Below, piece after piece: positions 8,845 to 19,393 of a stretch of DNA of 64,000 nucleotides. Numbering within the stretch: position 1 is the first letter of the stretch; each line of letters starts with the position of its first letter. The notes beneath the pieces were generated by a model. The model did not search any database. It saw only the letters and a list, made by a program, of their open reading frames with translations, and was not told the DNA's origin. The DNA lies in contig CP181291.1 of the NCBI GenBank assembly GCA_052279835.1, positions 4,928,001-4,992,000 on the forward strand. The letters are read 5' to 3'. The DNA is from Microcoleus sp. GTDB taxonomy: Bacteria > Cyanobacteriota > Cyanobacteriia > Cyanobacteriales > Microcoleaceae. The translations under genes and the position numbers were made by a program.

Positions 8845-10842
8845 TTACTTGAGGCTCTTGGTTTGTATCTCCTGAACTTTAAGGCGGTGGTTGTCATCAT
8901 GCGACGGCAATTCATCAACTCTACTCGCATTTAATGCCACTGCGGAGGCGACAAAACCGTTGTTTTTAGAATCCGCTGCTACTGCTGGCAATTTGCGCCG
9001 ATTTCCCCAGAAAGCCCCGGCTGCAAAAGTCACAGAGGCGATCGCCATACCTCCGCCAATTCCCGCCCACAAAGGCACGGGAAAACTGTTAAGCTTAGCC
9101 TCTGTCACCTTGGGATTTTCCTCAGTTTTTGAGTGTTTGCTACCGCCCCGCAACGATTGCGCGTAAAGTTGAGGTGCGCGCTGGGTGACAATTAAATCGC
9201 CCTCAAACAAACCGCTCTTAATTTCTACTAAATCCCCGGAAGTTTTACCAAGTGCCACTTCCATAGCTTGAAACGCATCGCCGTTTTTGACATAAACTAA
9301 CTGTTTGCCGTTGGCTTCTACTACTGCTGAAACCGGAATTGCTAAAACATTTGCTGCTGTTTTTTCAGTGAAAATCTCCAACTCGGCAAACATCCCTGGT
9401 TTCAAACTTCCTTCAGAATTATCTAATAAAGCTTTCACTGGCACAGCCCGACTTTCCCCTTCTACTGCCGAGCCAATCAAGCTAATTTTGCCCCGGAAAG
9501 TGCGGTGGGGTAAACTAGCAATTTTCACCGTCAATTCCTGACCATGCTTTACTTGATTTAGGTCTTTTTCGTATATATTTGCTGTGGCAAAAACGCTGCT
9601 ATCATTTAATATACTCATCAGGGGTTTTTCCGCCGAGTTGACTGATTCGCCTGGGGTGATTTCACGATCGGCTACAGTGCCGACAATGGGAGCGATAACA
9701 GTCACAAGTCCTTGTTCATTGGCAATAGTTCCTAATTGTTGCAGCCGCGCTTGATAGGCTGAACTGCTGAGGCGAACGCGGGACTGAGCTACTTCTAAAG
9801 CAGCTTTAGCCCCCTTGAGTTGAGCCTCGGCTTCTAGAACTTCCCGCCGACTCAAAGCTTTGGTAAGTTGAGCTTTTACTTCTGCAACTTTGCCTTCAGC
9901 ATCTCGCAATTCTCGCATCGGCAGGTCTACTTGGGCTTGTTTAATTTCGGTTTCGGCTTTGATAACTTCGGGACGGCTTTTTGCTTTGGCAACATTGGCT
10001 TTGGCTTCGGCGAAATGAGCTTGCGATTCCAGCATTGTCCGTCGCGCGATCGCCCCTGCTGCTACCAATTCTTTGTCCCGTTCAAACTGTTCTTTAGCCA
10101 CTGTTAATTCGGTTTCTGCCTGGGCTATTTCTGCCTGGGCTATTTGTAGTTGGCGCTGATAGTTTTCTTGAGCAACTTTCACCACAGATCGGTTGTTTAC
10201 CAATTCTTGCTCTCGTTCGTATTGCTGAGTTGCTGCTGTCAGTTGGCTTTTGGCTTGGGCGATTTCTGCGGAGGATATTTGCAGTTGGCGATCGTAATTT
10301 TGTTGAGCTAACTTAAACTGAGCCTGCGCCTGCTGCAAATCGCCTTCAGCTTCGGCTCGTTTGGCGATCGACTCCACGCGCAATTGGCCTAATTCCGAAC
10401 TCGATAAAACAACAACAGGTTGACCTTTTGATACTTTGTCCCCCGGTTTGACGAGCAACTCAACCACAGTGCCGCTAACGGGAGCCCGAACTTCTACTTT
10501 TTGATTTGGCAGAGTTTCAATTTGTCCGGTAGTTTTAATCCCCACAGACAACCGCTGAGCTTTCACAGGCTCAACTTTGATTCCGATGCGCTTCGAGGTT
10601 TCAGTATCGACAGAAATAGCAGCCGGAATTTGAGTTGTTTCGCCACTTTGGTGAAATTCATCTCCGTGTCCCGCGTGGGCGAAAACAGCGGCCGGAGAAC
10701 TTAGCAAAATCAGGCTGAATAAAGTTGCAGAACCACTGCTAATAATTGCGGCAGATTGAGCATATTTGTGAAATATCATCGTTGGCATTGTCCTTGAAAT
10801 CGGGTTGAGTGCCACAGGTTTAGCGATTGGTATTTTTCTCAA
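8845..10842 (-). CDS. RND efflux periplasmic adaptor (CusB/CzcB-like) with extended coiled coil; start uncertain
   Basis: AHAGHGDEFH N-terminal metal motif, lipoyl-like VRAPVSGTV, long helical hairpin, LKPGMFAELEI, C-terminal TM. Confidence 0.9.
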   Translation of the reverse strand: MRKIPIAKPVALNPISRTMPTMIFHKYAQSAAIISSGSATLFSLILLSSPAAVFAHAGHGDEFHQSGETTQIPAAISVDTETSKRIGIKVEPVKAQRLSVGIKTTGQIETLPNQKVEVRAPVSGTVVELLVKPGDKVSKGQPVVVLSSSELGQLRVESIAKRAEAEGDLQQAQAQFKLAQQNYDRQLQISSAEIAQAKSQLTAATQQYEREQELVNNRSVVKVAQENYQRQLQIAQAEIAQAETELTVAKEQFERDKELVAAGAIARRTMLESQAHFAEAKANVAKAKSRPEVIKAETEIKQAQVDLPMRELRDAEGKVAEVKAQLTKALSRREVLEAEAQLKGAKAALEVAQSRVRLSSSAYQARLQQLGTIANEQGLVTVIAPIVGTVADREITPGESVNSAEKPLMSILNDSSVFATANIYEKDLNQVKHGQELTVKIASLPHRTFRGKISLIGSAVEGESRAVPVKALLDNSEGSLKPGMFAELEIFTEKTAANVLAIPVSAVVEANGKQLVYVKNGDAFQAMEVALGKTSGDLVEIKSGLFEGDLIVTQRAPQLYAQSLRGGSKHSKTEENPKVTEAKLNSFPVPLWAGIGGGMAIASVTFAAGAFWGNRRKLPAVAADSKNNGFVASAVALNASRVDELPSHDDNHRLKVQEIQTKSLK

Positions 10843-10957
10843 CTAAGTAAGTAAACTGAATTAACCAGATCTACTTATTAGCTTTTTCCCAGAAGCGATC
10901 GCTAAGCAATGACCAAGAGCTAAACATACTCTCCTCAACCTAGTCTTTCACAGTCCA

Positions 10958-10974
10958 ATGAAATTAGGATGAAA
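10958..10974 (-). promoter_or_regulatory. TTTCAT-N5-TTTCAT operator upstream of the RND adaptor
   Basis: ATGAAATTAGGATGAAA, exact copy. Confidence 0.8.
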
Positions 10975-11456
10975 TTTCACCTCAGCAACCCAGATACCCG
11001 CCGGCTTCTAAAATATCAATATAAGTTTTGCCTAATTTCAAGCGTTGCTGGTGTAATTTTTTTTCGGTTTCTGATTGCGCTTCAATTTCCTTGGTCAAGG
11101 CGCTCACTAACTCTTCTACGGCTTCCTTAGATTGATAAGTAGTGTTTGATTCCAAGCTGGTCAAGATCATTAATTATTCCCCTGTCATGATAGCTTTTGA
11201 GTGACTTTCATACTTTAGAGGGATGGCTTTTAAATTGTCTACAGTATTTTTACGTAAAAAAATCAACTTAGGTGTATCTAAACAGGTTGTGACCGCAATC
11301 ATAGATTTAAGTGACTATTAATACAACACTTTGCGTCATTTTTTGATTGCCTCGATTGCCGGATTTTGCCAAGCAAAATTTTCCTGAACAATAGACATAG
11401 TGTGATTAATGCTATTCGTGTTCAGGCTTTTTTACTTCAGAATTTAGGGATTTATG

Positions 11457-12164
11457 TTATTGTTTATACCACGCTTTGCGCCACTCTTTCATTTGCTCAA
11501 TTTCTTGTTTTTGTGAAGTCAGAATTTCTTGGGATAATTTCTGCATTTCTGGCCGCTTAGACTTTTTCAAAGCATCTTGGGCCATCACCAAAGCTCCTTC
11601 ATGGTGGGGAATCATCCCATTCAGAAACCGCAAATCAAATTGAGCATCCGCAGCACCTAAATCCATACTCATCATCATGCTTTGCATCTGTTCGGGAGTC
11701 ATGGCCATCATGTGACCCATGGGAGCGTGATAAGCCATGGGCGTATTGCTGGCTTTAGGATACCAAGTTTTTCGCCACTCTTTCATTTGATTAATTTCAC
11801 GATTTTGAGCGACAATCATGTTATTTGCTAGTTTTTTCATTTCCGGGCGTTTGGATTTATTCAACACCTCTTTCGCCATGTTTACAGCACCTTGATGATG
11901 CACTGTCATCCCATCGATAAATCGCAAATCGTAGTCGGCATCAGCAGGTCCTAAGTCCATGGACATACTGTGATTCATGCCACCCATTTTGTGGTCCTGC
12001 GCCACCTCTTGTTTACTGCTGGCTGGGCTTGCTGCTGTAATATTTGGGGCTTGAGTTTGACTTACAGTGTCTTTGGAACAAGCAGCCAGCACTCCAGTGC
12101 TTAGGGCTGCTGTGCAGGTGAATATTAGGGCTGTCAATCCTGTTTTTAATGGCATTGGTTTCAT
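11457..12164 (-). CDS. DUF305 Met/His-rich copper-binding lipoprotein, CopM-like
   Basis: Lipobox LAAC; two DLRFIDGMTVHHQGA/DLRFLNGMIPHHEGA repeats; Met-rich linkers; likely start at 12164. Confidence 0.88.
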   Translation of the reverse strand: MKPMPLKTGLTALIFTCTAALSTGVLAACSKDTVSQTQAPNITAASPASSKQEVAQDHKMGGMNHSMSMDLGPADADYDLRFIDGMTVHHQGAVNMAKEVLNKSKRPEMKKLANNMIVAQNREINQMKEWRKTWYPKASNTPMAYHAPMGHMMAMTPEQMQSMMMSMDLGAADAQFDLRFLNGMIPHHEGALVMAQDALKKSKRPEMQKLSQEILTSQKQEIEQMKEWRKAWYKQ

Positions 12165-12214
12165 AGATTTTATATTTTTAAAATTGCGATTTATTTTTAG
12201 TCTATCACGGAGAT

Positions 12215-12231
12215 ATGAAATTAGGATGAAA
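12215..12231 (-). promoter_or_regulatory. TTTCAT-N5-TTTCAT operator upstream of the copM-like gene
   Basis: ATGAAATTAGGATGAAA, followed on the - strand by a TAGACT -10-like hexamer. Confidence 0.8.
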
Positions 12232-12267
12232 TTTGTAAGAATGTCAAATTTCAAATCTTAAATTGAC

Positions 12268-12299
12268 TTGAGTATTCTGCTAACAGGAGACTGTATAAT
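12268..12299 (+). promoter_or_regulatory. MerR/CueR-type long-spacer promoter for the copZ/P-type ATPase operon
   Basis: TTGAGT-20 bp-TATAAT with an imperfect dyad (TTCTG-ctaa-CAGGA) in the spacer. Confidence 0.65.
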
Positions 12300-12348
12300 G
12301 AAATTAATTAATAGATCGAGCAGAGTGTTTGATGCTGAGGTTGAAATT

Positions 12349-12543
12349 ATGACTCTACAGTTAAAAGTTCCAAAAATTGCTTGTTCGGCTTGTGCCAATA
12401 CGATCGCACAAGCAGTCAAAACCATCGATCCAGCCGCAGTGGTTGAGGCAGATATTAAGACGAAATTGGTGACAATTCAAAGCGTGAAGCCGGAAAATGA
12501 AGTGAGAAAAGCCATCGCATCTGTTGGTTATCCAGCCCTTTGA
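12349..12543 (+). CDS. copZ: Copper chaperone (HMA domain), CopZ/Atx1-like
   Basis: MTLQLKVPKIACSACANTI with CxxC, 64 aa, ends ...GYPAL. Confidence 0.88.
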   Translation: MTLQLKVPKIACSACANTIAQAVKTIDPAAVVEADIKTKLVTIQSVKPENEVRKAIASVGYPAL

Positions 12544-12596
12544 CAGCAGAATCTTAGCAACTGCCAATTTCCTATTCCCAATTCGAGAGTGCATAT

Positions 12597-14852
12597 ATGG
12601 ATAATCTCACAGTCAAACTCCAAGGCATGAGTTGTGCCTCCTGTGCCTCTTCCATTGAACAAGCAATTAAATCTGTTCCTGGTGTCATGGAGTGCAATGT
12701 CAACTTTGGCATGGAACAAGCAAGTATCCAATACGACTCCCAAAAAACTAGCTTAGCAACAATTCAAGAAGCTGTTGATGCGGCGGGATACAAAGCTTTC
12801 CCGCTTCCAGAAATATCCCAGGGCGAGGATGACACCGAGCAAATAACTCGTCAAGCAGAATCTCAAGTTTTGCAACGTAAATTGTGGACAGCAGGTATGA
12901 TTAGCCTGTTACTATTTACAGGTTCCATTCCAGCTATGACTGGTTGGCATTTGCCATTTATTCCCGGATGGCTGCACAATTTTTGGCTGCAATTAGTGCT
13001 GACAGCACCAGTACAATTCTGGTGTGGTAACTCATTTTATATAGGAGCGTGGAAATCGCTAAAACGCCGCCTAGCCACAATGGATACCCTGATTGCTTTG
13101 GGAACCAGTTCTGCTTACTTTTATTCTGTATTTGTAACACTTTTTCCCGGATTTTTCCTAGCTCAGGGTTTGATACCCAGCGTTTATTATGAAGTTGCGG
13201 CGAGTGTGATTGCCCTAATTTTGCTGGGTAAAACCCTAGAAAATCGGGCGAAGGGAGAGACTTCGGAGGCGATTCGGAAACTCATGGGTTTGCAAGCGAA
13301 AACGGCTCGGATTGTTCGCAACGGGCAAGAGTTGGAAGTGCCATTAGCCCAAGTGGAAATTGGCGATATTGTGCAGGTGCGGCCAGGGGAACAAATTCCC
13401 GTAGATGGAGAGATGATTGAAGGCTATTCCACCATAGATGAAGCAATGGTAACAGGGGAAAGTTTGCCAGTCAAAAAGCAAGTCGGTGATGAAGTTATCG
13501 GCTCGACAATTAACAAAACTGGCAGTTTTAAGTTTCGCACCACTAGGATTGGTCAGGATACATTTTTAGCTCAAATTGTCAAGATGGTGCAGGATGCCCA
13601 GGGGTCTAAAGCACCGATTCAAAAATTGGCAGATGAGGTTACAGGTTGGTTTGTTCCCGCTGTAATAGCCATTGCTTTAGCGACTTTTATTATCTGGTTT
13701 AATGCGACTGGAAACTTGACTTTGGCAACCGTTACCATGGTGGAAGTGCTGATTATTGCCTGTCCTTGTGCTTTGGGTTTGGCAACTCCGACGGCGGTGA
13801 TGGTGGGGACTGGTAAAGGTGCAGAAAATGGAGTTTTAATTAAAGGAGCTGAAAGTTTAGAACTGGCTCATAAAATTCAAGTCATTGTGTTAGATAAAAC
13901 CGGGACTCTCACGGAAGGTAAGCCGACTGTTACTGATTTTGTGACAATTAAAGGAATCGCTAACAGCAATGAGCTAAAATTGCTGAAATTGGCAGCGTCT
14001 GTGGAGCGAAATTCCGAGCATCCTGTGGGTGAAGCTGTGGTGAAATATGCTGCATCTCAAGAGGTAAGTTTAACAGATGTTAAGGATTTTGAGGCGATCG
14101 CCGGAAGTGGTGTCCGGGGGGTGGTGGAGGGAAAGTCGATCGCCCTGGGAACACTCAGATGGATGCAGGAATTAGGCTTTGATACTGATTATTTGGAACT
14201 CCGCGCCAAAGCTTGGGAATCTGCCAGTAAAACAGTGGTTTGGATGGCTGTAGAGGGCAAAATTGAGGCGATTCTGGGCATTGCGGATGCCCTCAAACCA
14301 TCGTCAGCGCGGGCGGTGAAAGCACTGCAAAAACTCGGTTTAGAAGTGGTGATGCTCACAGGAGATAACCGCGCGACTGCGGAGTCCATCGCCCATGCTG
14401 TTGGGATCGATCGCATTTTTGCAGAAGTTAGACCAGACCAAAAAGCAGCTAAAATCCAAGCACTGCAAGCACAAGGTAAAATTGTAGCGATGGTGGGAGA
14501 TGGAATTAACGATGCTCCAGCTTTGGCGATAGCGGATGTGGGAATTGCGATCGGCACCGGGACAGATGTGGCGATCGCAGCGAGCGACATAACCCTAATT
14601 TCTGGAGACTTGCAAGGAATAGTTACAGCCATTCAACTGTCGCGCGCCACCATGCGAAACATCCGCGAAAACCTGTTTTTTGCCTTTATTTACAACATCG
14701 CTGGAATTCCGATCGCAGCAGGTATTTTATATCCGATTTTTGGCTGGCTACTAAGTCCAATCATCGCTGGGGGTGCCATGGCTTTTAGTTCAGTTTCCGT
14801 CCTGACTAATGCTTTGCGATTGCGTAATTTTCAACCCAAATATATCACCTAA
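12597..14852 (+). CDS. Copper-translocating P1B-type ATPase (CopA/PacS-like)
   Basis: [42 protein letters not shown] and MAFSS motifs. Confidence 0.95.
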   Translation: MDNLTVKLQGMSCASCASSIEQAIKSVPGVMECNVNFGMEQASIQYDSQKTSLATIQEAVDAAGYKAFPLPEISQGEDDTEQITRQAESQVLQRKLWTAGMISLLLFTGSIPAMTGWHLPFIPGWLHNFWLQLVLTAPVQFWCGNSFYIGAWKSLKRRLATMDTLIALGTSSAYFYSVFVTLFPGFFLAQGLIPSVYYEVAASVIALILLGKTLENRAKGETSEAIRKLMGLQAKTARIVRNGQELEVPLAQVEIGDIVQVRPGEQIPVDGEMIEGYSTIDEAMVTGESLPVKKQVGDEVIGSTINKTGSFKFRTTRIGQDTFLAQIVKMVQDAQGSKAPIQKLADEVTGWFVPAVIAIALATFIIWFNATGNLTLATVTMVEVLIIACPCALGLATPTAVMVGTGKGAENGVLIKGAESLELAHKIQVIVLDKTGTLTEGKPTVTDFVTIKGIANSNELKLLKLAASVERNSEHPVGEAVVKYAASQEVSLTDVKDFEAIAGSGVRGVVEGKSIALGTLRWMQELGFDTDYLELRAKAWESASKTVVWMAVEGKIEAILGIADALKPSSARAVKALQKLGLEVVMLTGDNRATAESIAHAVGIDRIFAEVRPDQKAAKIQALQAQGKIVAMVGDGINDAPALAIADVGIAIGTGTDVAIAASDITLISGDLQGIVTAIQLSRATMRNIRENLFFAFIYNIAGIPIAAGILYPIFGWLLSPIIAGGAMAFSSVSVLTNALRLRNFQPKYIT

Positions 14853-14871
14853 ATTAGGAGTCATTAAAAAA

Positions 14872-15384
14872 ATGTTGCACCCTCGTCAAATTTGGGTAAC
14901 TCTCGCTAGTGTAGGAATTGCGATCGCAATGGCATCGGGAGTGCAAGCCGCTAAAATGTCTATCGAACCTACTCATTCCACCACTCAATTTCAAACTATT
15001 GAACAGCCTTTAGGTTTAAAAGTCGGTGTCACCCTAGGTGGATTGACTTTAATTGGTTTGGAGTTGTGGTGGTTTTTATTCAGTAAAGCTAAAAGCCAGC
15101 AAGCGGAATCAATTCAAGGGATACAAGAGTTAACTATTACTGTAGACGGGGGTTATGAACCAGCCAATGTAGTTGTGAAATCTGGTCAATTAGTCCGGCT
15201 CAATTTCTTGAGACGTGACCCCAATAGTTGTCTGGAAAAAGTGTTATTACCAGAATTTCACATTATACGACAATTACCTCTAAATCAGGTGACGGCTATT
15301 GAATTCACCCCTAACAAACCAGGCCGATACCTCTTTACTTGTGGCATGAATATGTTTCGGGGTGTGGTGGAAGTACAAAGGTGA
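14872..15384 (+). CDS. Cupredoxin-domain membrane protein
   Basis: ITVDGGYEP...C-terminal FTCGMNMFRG copper site; follows the Cu-ATPase. Confidence 0.85.
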   Translation: MLHPRQIWVTLASVGIAIAMASGVQAAKMSIEPTHSTTQFQTIEQPLGLKVGVTLGGLTLIGLELWWFLFSKAKSQQAESIQGIQELTITVDGGYEPANVVVKSGQLVRLNFLRRDPNSCLEKVLLPEFHIIRQLPLNQVTAIEFTPNKPGRYLFTCGMNMFRGVVEVQR

Positions 15385-15549
15385 CATACTCCTACACCAA
15401 CTGAGTACACTATGGTGTTGTAGCATTCTGGGCTGCTCCTCAACAGAGATAGTTATCAACCTCTGGCAATTTTGACACTCCCCGCGCGAGTTTTTTTCGC
15501 AATAAATCGGTAAAATTGAATCTAGCTTAAAAAATTTGGAGTGAGCTAA

Positions 15550-15945
15550 ATGCAATTATTACACACCATGCTCCGAGTCGGAAACTTAGAAGAGTCCCTC
15601 AAATTTTACACCGAAGTGCTGGGTATGAAAAAGCTGCGGCAAAAAGACTATCCCGACGGTAAATTTAGTCTGGCTTTTGTCGGCTACGGTGATGAATCGG
15701 ACCATACAGTTTTGGAATTAACTTACAACTGGGGCGTTGAAGAGTATAATTTAGGGAATGCTTACGGTCATATTGCGATCGGGGTTGACGACATTTACGG
15801 TACCTGCGAAGAAATTAGAGCTCGCGGTGGTAAAGTTAGTCGCGAACCAGGCCCGATGAAACACGGTTCAACAGTCATTGCCTTTGTGGAAGACCCCGAT
15901 GGATATAAAGTTGAATTAGTGCAACTGAAAAATCGATGCGACTAG
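15550..15945 (+). CDS. gloA: Lactoylglutathione lyase (glyoxalase I)
   Basis: [38 protein letters not shown]. Confidence 0.95.
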   Translation: MQLLHTMLRVGNLEESLKFYTEVLGMKKLRQKDYPDGKFSLAFVGYGDESDHTVLELTYNWGVEEYNLGNAYGHIAIGVDDIYGTCEEIRARGGKVSREPGPMKHGSTVIAFVEDPDGYKVELVQLKNRCD

Positions 15946-15955
15946 AAACCGGGTT

Positions 15956-16077
15956 GGGTGCATCTCAATGAGTGCAAATATATTCGTAGGGGCGAAGCAT
16001 TTAGGTAGATAATTTATTAGTTATAAGCAGAGACTTACTGCCGGAATGCTTCGCCCCTCCCAAATTGGGATGCACCC
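15956..16077. repeat. Nested MITE-like element: 14-bp terminal inverted repeats enclosing a GTAG-type REP-like hairpin
   Basis: GGGTGCATCTCAAT (15956) / ATTGGGATGCACCC (16064-16077); inside GTAGGGGCGAAGCATT...AATGCTTCGCCCCT. Confidence 0.65.
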
Positions 16078-16349
16078 CCCTCATTCTTCCTCATGCCTCG
16101 TTCCCAGGCTTAGCCCAGTGGTGACAGCTTAACATCCAAGACAGTCTTTTGGAACAGGCATCCTGCCTGTTCTTGACTATCTTTCTTCTGGTTGAACAAA
16201 TTGTAATTAGATCTTGCACTTTTTGCATTGAGGGAGAAAAAATGTAATATTTTTTACAAATTGCCTCCGGTGGTCTTGATATATTCCTTTTGCTAGATGA
16301 CGCAAAAAAAAATGCTACATCGACAACAAACATATCAAGGTAGGAGAAA

Positions 16350-16895
16350 ATGTCTAGATTAATAGTTGGTTTAAGTGCGGGTTTATTAGCCACTGGCTTG
16401 TTTGGCAGCGCTGGTGAATTCGTTCAAGTGCCTACTGCTAACAACACAATTGTTGCCCAAGCTAACGAACAAACAATTATACAAGAAAATCGGGCTTTAC
16501 TATTGCAAAATCGCCAAACTGCTAAAAATATTGCCACTAAACTAGGTGCAGCAGTTAGCGACGAAGCAGTGCCATCCGGTAGCAATGCTTTGCAAGTTAA
16601 CCAACAACTAATCCTACAAAACCGAGCTATTTTTACCAGTATTGCTAAGAAAGTAGGCGCAACTGTACCGAACGTTGCAGCCGCCGGCAGTGGTGACTTA
16701 GCCACAGAAAACCACAAATTATTGTTGGGAAATAGGCAAATTGTCCGCGCTATAGCTGAAAAATTAGGCGTTAAATTGCCCGCTCCACCTCAATTAACCG
16801 GCAGCATGGTAAAGCAAAATAACACCCTTCTGCAAGGCAACCGCAACGCTTTAGCAGCGATCGCTAGCAAAGTAGGTACAACAGTAGCTAAATAG
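16350..16895 (+). CDS. Secreted hypothetical protein with four ~37-aa helical repeats
   Basis: AGGAG RBS, hydrophobic signal peptide, AQA site; repeats of N-x2-L(L/I)-x2-NR-x5-IA-x-K(L/V)G. Confidence 0.75.
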   Translation: MSRLIVGLSAGLLATGLFGSAGEFVQVPTANNTIVAQANEQTIIQENRALLLQNRQTAKNIATKLGAAVSDEAVPSGSNALQVNQQLILQNRAIFTSIAKKVGATVPNVAAAGSGDLATENHKLLLGNRQIVRAIAEKLGVKLPAPPQLTGSMVKQNNTLLQGNRNALAAIASKVGTTVAK

Positions 16896-16991
16896 GAAAA
16901 TGCTCGCGCTCTAGCTGTTTCCTAGTTCCCAGGCTCAGCCTGGGAACCCAGACTGCTCGGCCTGGCTCCTTCACAATTTAGATAATCTGAT

Positions 16992-17972
16992 TTACAGTTG
17001 CTTTTTAGGAATTTGTAAGACTCGATCCGCCACCATTTTGTCAACGATTAAGTCGCTGATAATCTGAGAACCGTGGGCGGTAAAGTGCAAACCATCATTC
17101 ACTTTTACATAGCCTCGCTTCCCCGATTTGTCAGCAACTACCGGAGTAAATTTGCCACTTTGTGCAAAAGTTTCCCAAGTTGAAATAAAAGTGATTTTTT
17201 GGGAAATTTTCATCGCATTTTTATAAATATTGTTCATAATTGGAAAAGCCTGAATGTATCCCGATTTGTTAGAGTTAGATTGACCAACCCAGTACACTTT
17301 CCGCACGGAGGAATTATTTAATAATTTGGCATATTTGTCTACTCTTTCTTGATAGGCTTTTTGCCATTCTTTAGTCAAAATTACCCGGTATTTTCCTTGA
17401 AAATCAGCGATGTCTTGAGTGTCATTACCTCCAAATAAAACAATCACGACATCGGGCTGATAATCCTTAATAATTTGACTGGTTCTGGCATACCAATCAT
17501 AATAATCTATCCGATTTAAGCCACTGGATACTTTGTAGTCAATTTTGGTATCGGTAATATTATACTTTTGCTTGAGACTGTATTGAAGTTGAGTCCCTAA
17601 GTCGAGCATTACGGAATCTCCAATAAATAAAAATTTACGATAAGGTCTGGTCAGTTTTGGTTTGGCTGGGGTGGTTTTTTTAGGTGATTTTGTAGTTATT
17701 TTTTTGGGTTGTAGGGCTGTTTTATTTGCTGTTTCAACCCGATTTTTGGCTGACTTTACTGGGAGGCTATCTAAGTTAATATCTTTGATTTTGCTCCAAA
17801 AATCTTGCTCCGATTTCCTAAAACCTTCGAGTTCGATCCGCCTTGCTGCTTGTTTTATTTCTGGGCTAGCAAAAGGGGTTGAGGAAAAACTTTTGAGAAA
17901 TAAGGAGAGATTGGTAAATATTAAAGTTAGAATTACAGAAGTAGCGATTAGCAGAATTTCCCTGTCTCTCAT
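16992..17972 (-). CDS. SGNH/GDSL hydrolase-like protein (DUF459-type), putative periplasmic O-acetyltransferase partner
   Basis: FIGDSV, SSGL, GGND and DGLHF blocks; N-terminal anchor; downstream of the MBOAT gene. Confidence 0.82.
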   Translation of the reverse strand: MRDREILLIATSVILTLIFTNLSLFLKSFSSTPFASPEIKQAARRIELEGFRKSEQDFWSKIKDINLDSLPVKSAKNRVETANKTALQPKKITTKSPKKTTPAKPKLTRPYRKFLFIGDSVMLDLGTQLQYSLKQKYNITDTKIDYKVSSGLNRIDYYDWYARTSQIIKDYQPDVVIVLFGGNDTQDIADFQGKYRVILTKEWQKAYQERVDKYAKLLNNSSVRKVYWVGQSNSNKSGYIQAFPIMNNIYKNAMKISQKITFISTWETFAQSGKFTPVVADKSGKRGYVKVNDGLHFTAHGSQIISDLIVDKMVADRVLQIPKKQL

Positions 17973-17977
17973 ATTTC

Positions 17978-19393
17978 TTAGAAATTAAAGTATATAAAAG
18001 GCGGAACGGTACTGGGTCCCAGCATCAAAATAGCATACACGAACAGGGAAACTAAGACAACCCGAAAAAAAATGTTTTTTAATGAAAATACGCTCATCAA
18101 TATTTGGGCGATGCGATCGCCCCAAAAATTAATAGCGCCGATGACTGCAATGACTAAATATAATTGCCACAAGTTAAATTGAAAACTCTTGACGGAAGAG
18201 TGGAAAATTCCTTGGCACAGATTGATGGCAGTTTCCCAGTTGGGTGTGCCGAAAAATATCCAGCTACCACTGACAAAACTAAAGGTAAATAACCAACTCA
18301 AAAATCTCGCTGTTTTCGGATATAAATAATCTAATCTGAAGTGGATAGCTTGAGGTAGATCTCTGCATAAATGATTGACAACCAATCCTAAGCCATGAAT
18401 ACAGCCCCAGACAATAAAGTTTAAACCAGCACCGTGCCAAAATCCACCGATCGCCATTGTGCATAATAAATTCAGATATTTTCTCAACTTGCCGTGTTTG
18501 TTGCCACCTAAGGGGATGTAAACGTAATCTCTCAGCCACTCGGAAAGACTGATGTGCCACCTTTTCCAAAATTCTTGGAGGCTTAAGGATTGGTAAGGCA
18601 TATTAAAATTGACAATAGGTTTAAAACCTAGCAAACAGGAGATACCATTGGCTAAATCTGAGTAGCCGCTGAAATCTACATAAATCAAACAGGAATAGGA
18701 AATTACGGCGAGAATTAAATCAATGCTACTATACTGTTGTGGAACTTTGAAGGGCAGTTGAGTGAAGTTAAACAAAAAGCTGGATAAAGTATATTTTTTA
18801 AACAGTCCTGACAAAATTAAAACTATAACTTCTTCGATTTTATAGTCGTATTTTTGGGAAGAATTGAGCTGGGAGTAAAATTCTGGAGCTCGCGATATCG
18901 GCCCGGAGGCAATTTGGGGGAAGTAGGTGATGTAGGTGGCGTAGTCTATAAACTTGGGACAGGAGATTTTTTTCTGGTAGCAGTCGATTAAATGGGAAAT
19001 CATTCTAAATGTGTAGAATGAGACACCGACGGGGATGATAATTTGCAATACTTGAAAACTGGCGGAGATTTTGAGTTGGTTGAGGATGTCAAATAAAGAA
19101 GTTACGAAAAAGTTGCAATATTTAAAGATGCCAAGGTTGGCAATATTGAAAATTAGACCGGATATTAAAGCAAGTTTTTTGTGTTTTCCGTTGCAAACAG
19201 CCCGGATAATGATATAATTGTAGGTAGTACCTAAAATTAGCAAAAATAAAAAATCTAAGCTCCAAAAGGAATAAAAGAATAAACTAGAAAGTAGGAGTAC
19301 AATTTTATATAAATCCACTTGGTGTTTTAAAGATAGGATAGCACTAAATATAATTAGAAAAAAAACTAAAAATTGGTAAGTAGGAAATAGCAT
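17978..19393 (-). CDS. MBOAT family O-acyltransferase (AlgI/PatA-like)
   Basis: PVGVSFYTF, FPQIASGPI, DFSGYSD, FWKRWHISLSEWLRDYVYIPLGGN, GFWHGA. Confidence 0.93.
   Translation of the reverse strand: MLFPTYQFLVFFLIIFSAILSLKHQVDLYKIVLLLSSLFFYSFWSLDFLFLLILGTTYNYIIIRAVCNGKHKKLALISGLIFNIANLGIFKYCNFFVTSLFDILNQLKISASFQVLQIIIPVGVSFYTFRMISHLIDCYQKKISCPKFIDYATYITYFPQIASGPISRAPEFYSQLNSSQKYDYKIEEVIVLILSGLFKKYTLSSFLFNFTQLPFKVPQQYSSIDLILAVISYSCLIYVDFSGYSDLANGISCLLGFKPIVNFNMPYQSLSLQEFWKRWHISLSEWLRDYVYIPLGGNKHGKLRKYLNLLCTMAIGGFWHGAGLNFIVWGCIHGLGLVVNHLCRDLPQAIHFRLDYLYPKTARFLSWLFTFSFVSGSWIFFGTPNWETAINLCQGIFHSSVKSFQFNLWQLYLVIAVIGAINFWGDRIAQILMSVFSLKNIFFRVVLVSLFVYAILMLGPSTVPPFIYFNF

Noticed and set aside
10982..11170. 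62-aa ORF between the adaptor and copM-like genes
   Set aside because: No recognisable motif; it may be a gene remnant, but a function cannot be supported.
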